From positions 116,190,001 to 116,254,000 of the forward strand of contig NC_087436.1 in NCBI RefSeq assembly GCF_036321535.1: a stretch of 64,000 nt of DNA. Direction: 5' to 3'. Under the pieces are notes generated by a model. The model was not told where the DNA came from. It made no database searches and was given only the letters and a program-made list of their open reading frames with translations. Made by a program: the position numbers and the translations under genes. Position 1 is the first letter of the stretch; each line of letters opens with the position of its first letter. Of the stretch, positions 49,798 through 61,920 are shown piece by piece. Origin of the DNA: Camelus dromedarius. Lineage: Eukaryota.

Positions 49798-49843
49798 TCA
49801 TTTTATTTATTTATTTTAGATTTTTGGCGGGGAGGAAATTAGG

Positions 49844-49876
<33 letters not shown>

Positions 49877-49967
49877 TTATTTATTGTATGATGCAGATAC
49901 TGGGTCCTGAACCCAGGACCTCGAGCATGCTAAGCACATGCTCTGCCACTGAGCTGTACCCTACGCC
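49798..49967 (-). mobile_element. tRNA-derived camelid-type SINE with (TCTA)n tract
   Basis: gaacccaggacctcgagcatgctaagcacatgctctgccactgagctgtaccc; (tcta)8 at ~49844-49875; flanking ctggact repeats (49791 and 49969). Confidence 0.88.
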
Positions 49968-50489
49968 ACTGGACTGTTTTAGACATGGGTCTGGGCATTT
50001 GGGCTCTCTGATCACTGAGTGCAGGACTGATTGTCAAATGGCACAGCCCCCTCAGAGACCCGTTTATCCCAGAAGATGTCACTTCACTTTTCCAGCTGAC
50101 GCTCTGTTACGGTCCTGGGACAGGAGAGGTGACAGATGCACTCTCTCTGAGAGACCGACCGCAGAGGAGCCGCAGTGCATGGCCAGCGGTGGGGGCCAGT
50201 TTGCTCTTTTGTTTGTGGCTGTTGTTGCCAGGTCTGTTTCTAACTCCGTGTGAGGGGGGGTGTTTGTGGAGGAAGCCTTGTGGATCTTGGGAGATGGGCT
50301 GCGTGGAGGCAGTGATGCAGCCCAGGGATAAATAGTGCCTTCAAGCTGCTTCCTCCAGGTTGCTCGATCAGAGGCTTATATCAGCACCAGGTGTGCAGAG
50401 ACCCCATAGGGTCCTAAGTGCTGGTCAGTTTTCCCAGGCATTTTGTCCTCTTGGGAGCCTCCTTCGTGTATCCATGTAGTTATACTTTG

Positions 50490-50720
50490 ATTCATTCAGC
50501 AGACCTTTGTTGATAACCTCTTTGTGCTGGGCACTGGGCTGCCATCACAGTAAACAGGCAAGGGCCATCACCCTCAGGGAACTTACAAGCTTCAGGAGAG
50601 AATTACAGCACAGTGTAGGAAGGCAGTTGTAACCGCAGAGGGAGGGCTGGGGGAGCACGGATGATGTGCAGGATCAGCCTGGGGAACTGGCTGGAAAAGG
50701 CTTCCTGGAGAAGGTGGAAA
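50490..50720 (-). mobile_element. L2 fragment
   Basis: attcattcagca...gtgctgggcactgg...ccctcagggaacttaca...aggcttcctggagaaggtg. Confidence 0.7.
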
Positions 50721-51249
50721 AGGATGGAATTGGAAACAACTACGCACTCAAGACGCCAGATGTCACAGTATCACAGGTGGAAGGCTTGGGCGTTACCCAC
50801 CTTATCTTCTCACGTGATGGATGGAGACAATAAAGGAAGCCAAGTCGGGGAACTCTGCTGCTGTGTTGAAGGCTCTTATCTAAAAACCCCAGTTAGAACT
50901 ACTTCCCAGGAACCTCAAATGTCAGTGACGCAGAGAAACGTACTGTTTCGCTATGATGTAAATTTGGTTCTTGCATAGTGAATAATCACCAAGCAGAAGT
51001 AAGACACGAGAGTGAAAAGGGGAAGGACCATTATGAAGAGAAAATAGACACCAAGCAAGGCCTGTCTTGGCAAAGGAAGACCCGTGCCATCTGTTTAGTG
51101 TTAGCAGTGGGAGGTGAGGAATCAGGCAGACTTGAGTACAAAAATGCATTTCTACCAACTCTGTGTCTTATGGGGTTGGACTCTGTAAATCTCAGGGGAA
51201 TGTAATGCTTCAAAGCATGTGCATTATTGTCATCAGATACCTGGGGTTT

Positions 51250-52510
51250 CAGGTTGCCAGATTTAGTGAAGAATAATACAAGATACTCAAACTATACAAA
51301 GGACTATCCAAACTCAACAATAAGAAAAGAAACAACCCGGTTCAAAAAAAAAAAGGGACAAAGACCTGTACAGACACCTCACCAAAGAAGACACACAAAT
51401 GACAAATAAGCATATGAAAAGGTGCTCCACATCACAGGTCATCAGGAAAATGCAAATTAAAACGACAATGAGATGCCACTGGACACCTGTTAGAATGGCC
51501 AAAATCCAGAGCACTGACAACATCAGACGCTGGTGAGGACGTGGGGCAACAGTACCTTTCATTCATCGCTGAGGGGAATGCGAGCTGGTGCCGCTACTTT
51601 GGGAGACAGTTCGGCAGTTTCTCACAAAACTGAACATACTCTTATCATATGATCCAGCAATCTCACTACTTGGTATTTACCGAAAGGATTTGAAAACATC
51701 TATCCACACAAAAACCTGCATGCGGATGTTTATAGCAATTTTATTCATGATTGCTGAAACTTCGAAGTCACCAAGATGTCTTTCAGTGGGTGAATGGATA
51801 AATAACTGTGCTCCGTCCAGACAGCAGACTGTTGTTCTGTGCTAGAAAGAAATGAGCTATTACGTCATGGAAGATGTGGAGGAAACTTAAATTCTTATTA
51901 CTAAGTGGCATAAGCTAATCTGAAAAGCCTACACGCAGTATGATTCCAACTATGTGACGTTCTGGAAAAGACAAAACTGTGGAGACAGTAAAAAAGATCA
52001 GTGGTTGCTGGGGATGGAGCACAGAGGATTTTTAGGGCAGTGAAAACACGAGGTGTGATCGCATAACAATGGATACAAACCACCACACATTTGTCCGGAC
52101 CCATACAATGCACACCCAAGAATGAACTGTTAGGTAAACCATGAACTTTGGAGAATTGTGATTGGTCAGTGTAGGTCCATAACTTGTAACAAATGCACCA
52201 CTATGGGGGGGGGGGGACATTGATACCGGGGGAGGCTGTGTTTTTGTAGTGACAGGGGATGTACAGGAACTCTCTGTACATTCCCTCAATTTTGCTGTGC
52301 ACCTAAAGCTGCTCTAAAAAAAAAAAAAATAAAGCTTGTTGAATATTTTTAAAAATACAAAAAGAAAAAAAGCAGACTCCTCTTAAATTTGACTTTCAGA
52401 TAAACAACAAGAATGGTTTTAGTCTAAGTATGCAAACATGTACTAAAAATAATCAGTGTTTATTTGAAATTCATATTACAACCAAACATTCTATATTTTA
52501 TCTGGTAATC
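51250..52510 (+). mobile_element. MER53 hAT element split by an L1 (arms ~51250-51280 and ~52370-52510)
   Basis: ggttgccagatttag...; ttaaatttga.tttcagataaacaac...tttagt.taagtatg...tactaaaaa...tgtttatttgaaattca...tattttatctggtaa. Confidence 0.8.
51281..52345 (+). mobile_element. L1MC1-like 3' fragment (ORF2 end and 3'UTR)
   Basis: aaactcaacaataagaaaa...cacctcaccaaagaaga...cacctgttagaatggccaaaatccaga.cactgacaac...tgtaacaaatgcaccact...taaagctgctctaaaaa. Confidence 0.9.
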
Positions 52511-52899
52511 AGTCCTACCTGGGTTCAAATCCTAGTTTCCCCATTTCTTCATTTTATTTCTGTGAACAAGTACATTCCTTCATCTGTGATCTTAAAGTTG
52601 CCATGAGCTCGTGAAACTTTTACTGTAGTCCTTGACACAAACAAGAAAAGTTAGGCACTACCGTTCTTACTACTCACTGAACACGTGTTTTCAAGGGTCT
52701 ACTGTGTGCCTCATCTCTCAAATGGAGGTGTGCTGTGTCCTTGGGGAATGTTGTAGGGATTAAATGAAACATCGCATGCAATGTGCCTGGTGCAACGTCT
52801 ACTCGGTAGATAACTGGCTGGTAGCTGTATCAGCATGTGGGTCCAACTGATCACCTCCCACCTCCGAGGAACCCGGCTTTGCTTTTTTTAATTCTCATT

Positions 52900-53149
52900 C
52901 ACCCCAGGGCTAAGGTGAGACAAGCAAGACACCCATCTTGAGAGGAAAATCAGCAGTGCCAAAAGACTCAGAAATAAGACAAATAATATATTTATGTTAT
53001 TTTAGTATATTTAATCAAATGTTAAAAAAGTCAAAATTAATGCAAACACACATTCTGAACAAAAGACAATTTTTCTTTTAAAATGCAGGCAAGACTCAAC
53101 CCTACACTCGCAGGACCCAGCTCGTTTGATTGACCCTCTTCTGGTCCTG
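52900..53149 (+). mobile_element. MER96B-like hAT element
   Basis: ctaaggtgagacaagcaag...ctcag.aat.aagacaaataatat...tcaaaattaatgcaaa...tgaacaaaa...ggtcctg. Confidence 0.75.
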
Positions 53150-53650
53150 CTAATCACTTAAATGAAGTGACTGAATATTTTTTCTCTGAAAAATGAACTA
53201 GATGAGAAAGGCGTCTTCTATTGCTCTTGGTAGAAATAAAGTGAGAAGTTTGGAAGACTGGTGGCTCTTTGTTAGAATATAACATGTCACCAAATTTGGG
53301 CTTTTTTTGAGAAAACGTCAGAGGCACAAATGTTTGACTATCTTTATGAGGTAAATGTTATTTGCCATAGTGATTTTACCAAACCTGGGATATTTCTGAA
53401 AGTCTTAGAGCTTGTCAGCACTTTCAAACATTAGCAGTACTTCTATTTTTGCACTTCTGTCCACGGATGTAATTTGGCCGGAAGAATGCACTGAGTATAG
53501 TTCCTCCTGTGACCGTGAGCACCTCAGGGTCACCCAGTAACCAGCACCAGGCCTGGCATGGAAGAGCAGTCAAGGAATATGAATTAACTCATACAATTTC
53601 ATAGAAGGTGAATGGCCTGAAGTTAATGGTGGGTTGTAAATTAGAAAATT

Positions 53651-53851
53651 TAGTACTGCTGTGAACACTGGGGTGCATAGATAAACAACAAGGTCCTACT
53701 GTACAGCACAGGGAACTATATTCAATGTCATGTAGTAACTTATGGTGAAAAAGAATATGAAAACAAATATATGTACATTCATGTATGAATGAAGCATTAT
53801 GCTATACACCAGAAGTTGACACAACATTGTAAACTGACTATACTTCAATAA

Positions 53852-53881
<30 letters not shown>
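53651..53881 (+). mobile_element. Short young L1 3' end with a ~28-nt 5' inversion and A/(TA)n tail
   Basis: tagtactgctgtgaacactggggtgcat is the reverse complement of ORF2 atgcacccc..tgttcacag.agcacta (compare 6213-6240); then 3'UTR; TSD aatttagt (53647-54 / 53882-89). Confidence 0.9.
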
Positions 53882-53884
<3 letters not shown>

Positions 53885-54059
53885 TTAGTCCTATGTTCTT
53901 CCACACTACTTTTTTCTTTAATATTTTATGATGGCCTAATAAAACATGAAACATGCAGTTATGTATGTTAATACTTTTGTTTTTTTCTTTAATATTTCAT
54001 GAGGGCCCAATAGGAGTGAGTCACTGTTCCATACACTCAGAGGCCTTGTATAATATAAC

Positions 54060-54210
54060 TTAATCAAATTCTCCCAATTCTATATAATTGCAGAGGAGGA
54101 CACAGGTTCAAGGAGATCAGTTGATCATCCAAGGTCACAAAGCTGGCGTGTGCAGAGTTAGGCACCAGATGCCACCTGGCCAGACACTGTGACATCATGC
54201 TCCAGCACCC
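54060..54210 (-). mobile_element. MIR SINE
   Basis: ttgcagaggaggacacaggttca...tccaaggtcacaaagctgg. Confidence 0.6.
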
Positions 54211-54669
54211 TGAGTCCAGAGATGAATGAGATTGTCTTAAAATAAGTCCACACTGTATGAGATCTTTATTCATATCTGGCTCATCCCTCATGGCCCAGCT
54301 CATACCCATAGAAAGCACCTGTCTTCAAGAGGGCTTCTAGACCACCGTCTGCTCAGAACGACGCTTGCCTTCTGTATAATCAGAACTCACTGACAGCCTA
54401 TAAATATGGACTTAATAAAAGTTACTGTCTATATTATAATTCTTTTTTCTTAGTTTTGTATCATCAATAAAATCTTTAGTATCTCAAGGACCAGTCCCAT
54501 GTCATATCCTTGGACCACGTTTTCTTCTATCCCAGTCCCACATCATAAATTCAGACCACAGGGCAGAGAGTACACATAACGAGGGAATGACTTCAATCTG
54601 TAAATGAGATGCTGAGACCCAGGGAAATTAAGCGATTCAAGCAAGGCCACACACCAGCTCACCCATTCA

Positions 54670-55185
54670 TAGACATTATTTATTGAATATTATTATTTGC
54701 CAAGCACTACAGGGGGGAAAATAGGCAAAATTAAAATAAATTAGTAAATAAACACAATGATTTCTGAGATGACAAATATAATCAGAGAGAAAAAAAGCAC
54801 AATAGAGAGATGCGACAGAGAACGGGGTGCTCTGGTTTACGTAGGGTGGTCAGAGACCCCAGACTGAAGGGAACAGCGGTAGCAGCATGAGAACCTGGAT
54901 GACGTCAAACAAATGATTGTGCAGAGTTCTGGGTGGGGGGTAGCATTTCACAGGGTGCCTGCGAAGTATGCGGCGTGAACAAGGCTTCCGTGTGCCGGGA
55001 GTAGACGGAAAGCACTGAGTCTGGAATGGAGGAATGCTGGAAGCTGGCAACAATGTAAGGGAAAAGCACTTGAGGGCTTCAAGCAGGGGGGCCACAAGCT
55101 CTAATTTATATTTTATAGCAGTCCTCTGGCTGCCATGTGGAAATGGGTTGGGAAAAAAAAAGAATGAAACAGACAAGCCAGGGAA
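54670..55185 (-). mobile_element. L2 3' region
   Basis: atttattgaata...tgccaagcact...gggtggtcagaga...ctctggctgc..tgtggaaa. Confidence 0.6.
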
Positions 55186-55189
55186 GCAT

Positions 55190-55363
55190 TTCATTATTCT
55201 TTTTAACAACTTTGTTGAGGTATAACCTATATACAAAAAAAAATGTACGTACTTCATGTACACAACTTAGTTAGTGCATATGCATACACCAGGGAAACCA
55301 TCACCACCATATTAAAGTAACAGATATATCCATCACCTCCAAAAGTCTCCCTTTCGTCCCTTT

Positions 55364-55403
<40 letters not shown>

Positions 55404-56362
55404 ATGAGATCCACCCCCTATTCTTTTCTTCTGTGAGTTTGACTTTTCAGATACCTTATGTAAGTGAAATGATGCAGTGTTTGCCTTTCTGATAACTGGC
55501 TTATTTCACTGAGCATGAAGTGTCTTCTGAGTTCCACGTTTTCCACGTTATCACAAGTGACAGGATTTTCTTCTTTTTCAATAAAAATTTTTATTTTGTT
55601 GATCTAAATTTCTTCTAAATTTACTTCGCTGAGAGTTTTTATCATAAAAGTTTGCTGAATTGCGTCAAATGTTTTTTCGGCATCTACTGAGATTACCATG
55701 CTTTTAAATTTTTCACTCCCTTAATGTAGTGTATCACATTAATAGATCTTTTTCTGTTTGCTTGTGTGTTTTGGCTTTTTTTGGAGGATGAGCAACTAGG
55801 TTTGTTTGTTTGTTTATTTAGGTGCTGGGGATTGAAACTTGTGCATGCTAAGCATGTGCTCTACCCCTGAGCTACACCCTCCCTCCTGATTTTCCTGTGT
55901 TAAACCTTCCCTCTATCCCAGGGATAAATTCCACTTGGTCACAGTTAAGATCTTTTTAATGTACTATTGAATTTGGTTTGCTAGTATTTTGTTGAGGATT
56001 TTTGCATCTGAGTTCTTCATGGATATTGGCCAGCAGTTGTCTTTTCTTGATGCCTCTGTCTGGCTTTAGTATCAGAGTGATGCTGGCCTCATTAAAAGAA
56101 TTTGGAAGTATTCCCTCTTCGTCAAGTTTTGCATGAGTTTAAGAAGCATTGGTCTGAATCCTCCTCTAGGTGTTTGGTGGAATTCACCAGCAGAGCCCTC
56201 TGACCCTGAGCTTTCCATTGTTGGCAGGCTTTTGATACTGATTCAGTCTCCTTATTCATTACGGTCTCTTCAAATTTTCAGTTTCTTCATGACTCAGTCT
56301 TGGTAGGCTGTATGTTTTTAGGGATTTATTCATTTCTTCTAGGTTATCCAATTTGTTGGAAG
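55190..56362 (-). mobile_element. Older L1 (L1MA/MB-like): 3'UTR (~55190-55580) joined to an ORF2 segment (~55600-56362); includes (TG)n at ~55368-55399
   Basis: acaactttgttgaggtataa...gaaaccatcaccac; ORF 56259- ends NKLDNLEEMNKSLKTYSLPRLSHEETENLKRP (L1 ORF2). Confidence 0.88.
55750..55887 (-). mobile_element. tRNA-derived camelid-type SINE nested in L1
   Basis: ggtgctggggattgaa...ttgtgcatgctaagcatgtgctctacc.ctgagctacaccctccc. Confidence 0.85.
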
Positions 56363-56489
56363 AGGCCCCCAAAGAAGGCAAAGGAAGTTTCCAATCAGAA
56401 CGGCATATCAGAAAGGAAAAAAATAAGGGAAAGGACAAAAGCCGGATTGCGAAATGAGAAGAGGAAAAGAAGGGGACTGTGCTCATAGC

Positions 56490-56640
56490 ATGCTACTTAA
56501 TCCGCTCAGGAGCTCCGCAAAAACAGCTCTCCTGCCCTCGCCCTGCAGGTGTGCCAGGGGAGACTCCGAGAACTGAAGCCGTTGTCCAGGTCATGCAGAC
56601 GGCAGGACACGGGGGCAGGCTCTGAACTCAAGTGTTGCTG
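56490..56640 (-). mobile_element. MIR fragment
   Basis: ttaatcc.ctca...tgtccaggtcatgcag...tgaactcaagt. Confidence 0.45.
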
Positions 56641-56979
56641 TGATGTGGTTCCGTCTTGGGAAGGGGTTGCAATGTTAAAGGAAGCACAGGAGTATAAAGT
56701 GATGGCCTTCTAAGGAGGACACATGGTAGGGGAGCCTCTCCCTGGAGCCCCTCCTTTCAGGATAGAGAGGCAGGGAGCCCAGTGGATGAAGGAGCTCAGA
56801 GCCCTTGGGCTTCCTCTGCCTGTGCAAGGAGCTGGGGATTAGTGGGGCACTCTGGGGCGCCTGTGAATCTTCAGCTGTAGGCGTCCAGCTACTTCTGGGT
56901 GCTTATTAACCCATTTCCATTTCTCTAAACTCTCCGCCTTCTTGTAAGTAATCCTTTCCTAATGCTCCCTGATAGGAGC

Positions 56980-57655
56980 TGTGCTCACCAAGACCCTTCT
57001 GGTTCAAGTGACAGCAACCAGAAGCAGAACTGGGGATTTTACTGGCTCATGAAATAGAAGAGCCCAGGTATTGACTCAGCTTCACTTACAACTGGGTCCA
57101 AGCGTGCAGCGTTGTCATCCAGAGGCAGACGTTTTCTCTCTCTAGACCTTGTTCCTGGGCACCGCTAGCTTCGCTCGCAGGCAGGCCGTGTTAAAGAATA
57201 AAGCAGCTTCTGTGTCTCCAGGTTTGCTCAGCAAGCCCAGTAAAAGGAGATTATCTATATCTCAGTGATATGAGCAAACACTGGAAAGTCTCTGATTTGC
57301 ATGGCTTCAGTCCTGTGCCCACATTAACAGAACAGATACGGCACAGGGCTAAGGGGCCAAGCTTGACGCACAAACCCACACCTGAAGCACAAGCTCACTC
57401 TGGATTCCCAAGTCCACACCTCATCACAAGCCCTTATCACAGGTTCACAAGCCCATTCCTGGACCACAGGCCCACACCTGGACCACGAGCCCGTACCAGG
57501 AGCCGGACATGGGGAAGGATCAGACAGACTTCATGGCCCTGGACTGACAGTTACGTGTGGGGAATGAGAGACTGACCTGGTGAAAACCGGGTGTTAGTGT
57601 CAAAAGATGGCAGAAGGGATTCTGGAGAGAAGCACGGAAGATGAACTGACACAGC
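56980..57655 (-). mobile_element. MLT1K/L-type LTR
   Basis: ttctggttcaagtgacag...tttactggctcatg.aa..gaa.ag.ccagg...tctgatttg...cctgtgcccac. Confidence 0.6.
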
Positions 57656-57708
57656 TGATGCCCCCGTAGAAGCCGTGTTATTCAAACACGCGCTGACCTT
57701 TTGTGAAT

Positions 57709-57871
57709 CTTTGCTGTTCAGAGTGGTCTGGGGGCCTGCAGTGTCAGTATCGCCTGGGAGCTTGTTATAAATGCAGAATCTCAGGCCTCGCCAGAACCCA
57801 CTGGATCAGAATCCGACTTTTTAACAAGATCCCTCTGAGAGCTACATGCATATTAAAGTTTGAGAGGCACT
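57709..57871 (+). mobile_element. MER5A/MER5A1 hAT-Charlie
   Basis: cctgggagcttgttataaatgcagaatctcaggcc...tcagaatc...ttttaacaagatccc...attaaagtttgagaggcact. Confidence 0.9.
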
Positions 57872-59759
57872 AATCTAAACTTTGGAATCCAGGCTCTGCT
57901 GCTAAGCTCAGAAACTCCGGGCTGGTCCGTTTTCACTTTCTATCCTTTGTTTCTCTTTTCTCATCAGGGGAGTGAGGGACTCGAACTAGCAAACCTCCAC
58001 GATTTCTGCCAGTTTCTGACCTTTCAAAATTCTGGATTTGCTAAGTCTCAAAAGAGGAGTTAATTTGGACATCATACAAACCATAATAGAGGGTTTTCTA
58101 CAGCTGTCAGAGAAGAAAGATGCATTCAGAGGTAATCTTTGAAATACAAAATTTAGATTTTTCCAAAGTAGAAAACATCTACACTCCTGGTGTTAAACTG
58201 TGGATCTAGAGAATCCTGCAATCCCAAGAAGAGGGGGCATGCAAAAGGCTGAAAATTCTGGATGAGACACTACGGTTCTAAGGAGAAGTTCTACAGAAAC
58301 TCAGGGAAGAGGGAGCTGTTAGCATCTGCTACAAGAACCCAGGCATCCATCCTGGAGGAGACAGGGTATAAATGATGCCTTGAAAACTAGAGGACTGGAT
58401 TCTGGGAAGCCTGGAGACAGCTTTTAATAGCTCAAGCGTATCTCTCCTAGCTCCATTAATTGCTTTTCAGAATATAAAATAAATTAAGTAACGACAGCTC
58501 CAATTAAATAATAGCGGCTACCACTTCCTGCAGTAATTAGGGAGACAGATCACATGTAATTAATCCAGAGCCCCCAGAAGCTTCTCTCACCCTTTGGAAA
58601 TCAACTCTCAGCTCTTCTCTTTTCAATGGAAGGAACACAGAGGATTTCTGGTGGCCTCTTATGTTCTGTGTGTTATTGATACCCCAAATGCCTCTGTGTA
58701 AAAGCATTAATCGCCTGCCTGCCAGCTCACACCTGAATGTGAACACTTGGTCTGTTGAAACCAAACCCATCTTTGTGCTTTGCTGGGTAACCGACCCTGC
58801 CCGTGGAGCTTTAACGGAATCCTTGATGGATCTGATGCACACGCTTCATCCCAGGCGGAGTATCTGTCAGCAATTTGCCCATTGCCCTCGAGGAGAAAAA
58901 ACACATTTTAAAGTGGAAGGTAGACAGAGGCATGGCTCTATCCCGCTTGCCGGTGCTACTTGTTTGTGAGCTAGCACCCTGGGGAGCAAATTAAAGAGAT
59001 AATGACTTTGGTAAAACCCGACTTGAAATGGCAGTTTGGAAGGGGAACGCTGCTAATAGCTCGTCACTGCCTTTGCTAGAGGAAGACAGGAGAGGGAGGG
59101 AGCCCGTGTACTCGCTGCCTGGTCAGATCACAAGCACTGAGCTCTGTTAAAAGCGGCTCACGAGGATTCAGGGGAAATTTTCCCGGGATGAGCTAACCCA
59201 GTGCCATGACCCGCAGCACCGTTTAGAAACAAATGAGCCTCAAACCTTGAACTCCAGGCTTCCCCCTCACTCTAACGCCCCACTCCTCCGAGTGTCTGTT
59301 GAATTTTCCAGTTCCTCGTGGGAACACCAGGGGGCCTGGCAGTAGAGAGTTGGCATATGTGAAACAGACAAATTAAACGGCATATTTTTAATAAAAGAAC
59401 AAAGGTGCGGGGTTCAGGAAAAGACACAAAGGAAAAGGAGTTGGTCGTGCTAACATCCTAGGCCTGAAAGGGCAAGAGGAAGACAGAGGGGCCACAAGCA
59501 GTGATGGAGAGGTTGGCTGAGGACAGGGCCTCCAGCAGGGGCTGTGGCCTTTGGAAGAGGGATACAGTCCACCCGTGCAGGCCATGCAGGCCATGCCCAC
59601 CCTGCTTTTACTCTCCTTCCACTGTCTGATATTCTGGGGCTTTCTACTGGAGAAAAACAACTGGAAGACAGAGGGCCCACTGAACCACTGTCAGCCTCAC
59701 GGGGCAAAGAGCCTGATAGAAAATAAGGGAAAGTCACTGGGAAGGGCAAATGGAATATA

Positions 59760-60625
59760 TTCAACACAGCTCGCTAGTGGGTATGTCAAGCTTACCAGTC
59801 CCCAAAACTGAACTCCAGATTTTTCTGTCCGCTGCCCAAACCTCCGTCTGCCCCAGTCTTCCCATCATAGGAAGGTCACCACCAGCCACCTGGTGAGCCT
59901 GAACCTGAAACTTAGGAGCTGCTCGAGTCTCCTCACTTCCCTAAGCCCCAACCCGCACTTTCCCAGCATGTCTTAGTGATCAACTTTCTGAACATATCCC
60001 TGAGATCTTGCCCCCAGCCCCACTGCCTCCATTCCAGACAAAGCCACTTGTATCTCCTTAGTGGGTTATCTCAGCGGTTTTCCAACTGGTCTCTTTGCTT
60101 CTGTTCCTTCTCCTCTAACTTCCATTACTGACACTTAGAACAGAACCCGAGCTCCTTGTTCATTACTACAAAGATCTGTGCCGTGGTCCCTGCCTGTCTT
60201 TCCACCTATATTTCTTATCACTCATTGCCTTAGACACTCTCCTCCAGCTTATATTCATTCATTCGTCTTTCAAGTAGGTCGAAAATATTCCTGCTTTAGG
60301 ACCTTTGCAACAACTATTCCTTTCGATTGCAAAGCCCTTTCTGGAAGCACCAGGCACGCCCCTTTTCGTATTTGAATATCAAATTACAGATCACCTTCTT
60401 AGAGGTATTTCCAGATCATCTATTCTAATGTCGCCACTGGATCGCTCTCCACCACGTGCCACCCTGCTCTACTTTCTTGTGTGTTCATTCATTTGTTTTT
60501 TACTTTTCCATTGCTGTCATGTCTCTTTCACTCTGATACAAAGCCTGTGAGGTCAATGACTTTTTTCTCTTGTTTCTCTAGGAGAATAATAGGGGCTCAG
60601 AGAGATATTTCGGATGGAATGTTTG
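59760..60625 (+). mobile_element. L2 3' region
   Basis: tccccaaaactgaactcc...cccagtcttcccatc...ccactgcc.cc...aactggtctc..tgcttc. Confidence 0.75.
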
Positions 60626-60699
60626 GGAGCAGTTAACATAAACATATATTTCCAGCTATCTAGAGTAGAAGTAAAGGAGAGAATAAAAGGAAATATTTT

Positions 60700-60930
60700 G
60701 ACTTTTGGATACAGACGATCTGAATTTAAATCTGGGTTCTATCACTTATGAGCAGTTACAGGAAATTATGGGGAAATGTCTATGCTTTTATGCCTCTGCC
60801 TTTTTGTCTATTAATTGAGATCATAATATTACATATTTCATGGGTTTCTGAGAGGATCAAATTGAAGAATGCATGTTAAGTGTCCGGCAAGTTGCAGGAC
60901 AAGGAGGTCATACCCTATCAATATTAGCTG
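60700..60930 (+). mobile_element. MIR SINE
   Basis: ctgaatttaaatctgggttctatcacttat...gggtttctgagaggatcaaa. Confidence 0.65.
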
Positions 60931-61259
60931 TAATTTTATTTGAAACAAAAATTATAAGTGTCACTAGGGTAGGAAAACAAACAATTTACAAAAAAAAAAA
61001 AAAACCACAAAAAAACAAAAATAAAAACAAAAACCCCAAAGCCTAGGAATGCTCTATATATTTCAATTACCCGACAAGAAAACTCCATGCAGGGTACGTC
61101 TGCTTTTCTCACCACTATGGAACCAGAGCATCAGAAACGTAATAGATGCTCACTTGTCTCGAATGAATGAATGAATGAACAAATGTGTAGTGTAACAGAG
61201 TGATAAACAGTGCGACAGAGTGGAAAGGAGCTCTGTGAACAGAACTCATGGGTTCAATC

Positions 61260-61920
61260 AAAAAAATATTTATTTATTGAGCACTGACTGTGAGCTGGTC
61301 ATTTTTTCTAGGTAATAGGGAGGCGGCAATGAACAAAACCAACATGCCTTTATGAAGCGTACATGGAAAAAAATAACTCACGGAAAGAAGATGGGGTTAT
61401 GATTTTAGAGAAGTGTCATCAGAGGCATCACTGAAAAGGCGACATTTAAGAAAATACCTGTAGGAAGCAAGGCCTCCGGCTGGGCAGCTGTCTGGGCAGC
61501 AAAGTTCTCACTAGAGAGGAAGCTCATGAAAATTCCTGAAGTCAAAGTGTGCAGATAGGAGTCTGCTGATCGAGGCAGTGGAGTGGGCAAGACAGTGCAG
61601 GGGATGGAGGCAGAGAGGTCGACATGGGCAGAGACTACAAGACCACCAGCACTGTCATGAGGACTTCGGCTTCTGCTGCAGGCAAGGAATGAATCCATGG
61701 AGCGGTGACTAACGGAAGGGTAGAACCTGACTGCCTTCAGCAGGAACACGCTGGTTGCTCTGATGAGAAAGAACCAAGGAAGCAGTAAATGGGTGTAAGC
61801 AGAGACTGGCCTAGGACGAGAGCAAGGCCAGTGGCAGAAAGCAGTCAGGCTTAGGATGTTCTGGCAGCTGGGATGTGGTTTTGAGAGAAAGAGACAAGTC
61901 CAAGTCAATTCCAGGGTGAA
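61260..61920 (-). mobile_element. L2 3' region
   Basis: atttattgagcactgactgtg...gcaatgaacaaaac...tcactgaaaaggcgacattt...cacgctggttgct. Confidence 0.7.

Noticed and set aside
52370..52510. Possible miR-1302 locus from MER53
   Set aside because: The central ttgggacatactta segment corresponding to the mature miRNA is missing and the element is split by an L1.
57405..57500. Degenerate cacaagccc/cacacc repeats
   Set aside because: Short local slippage within an MLT1 LTR; no regular period.
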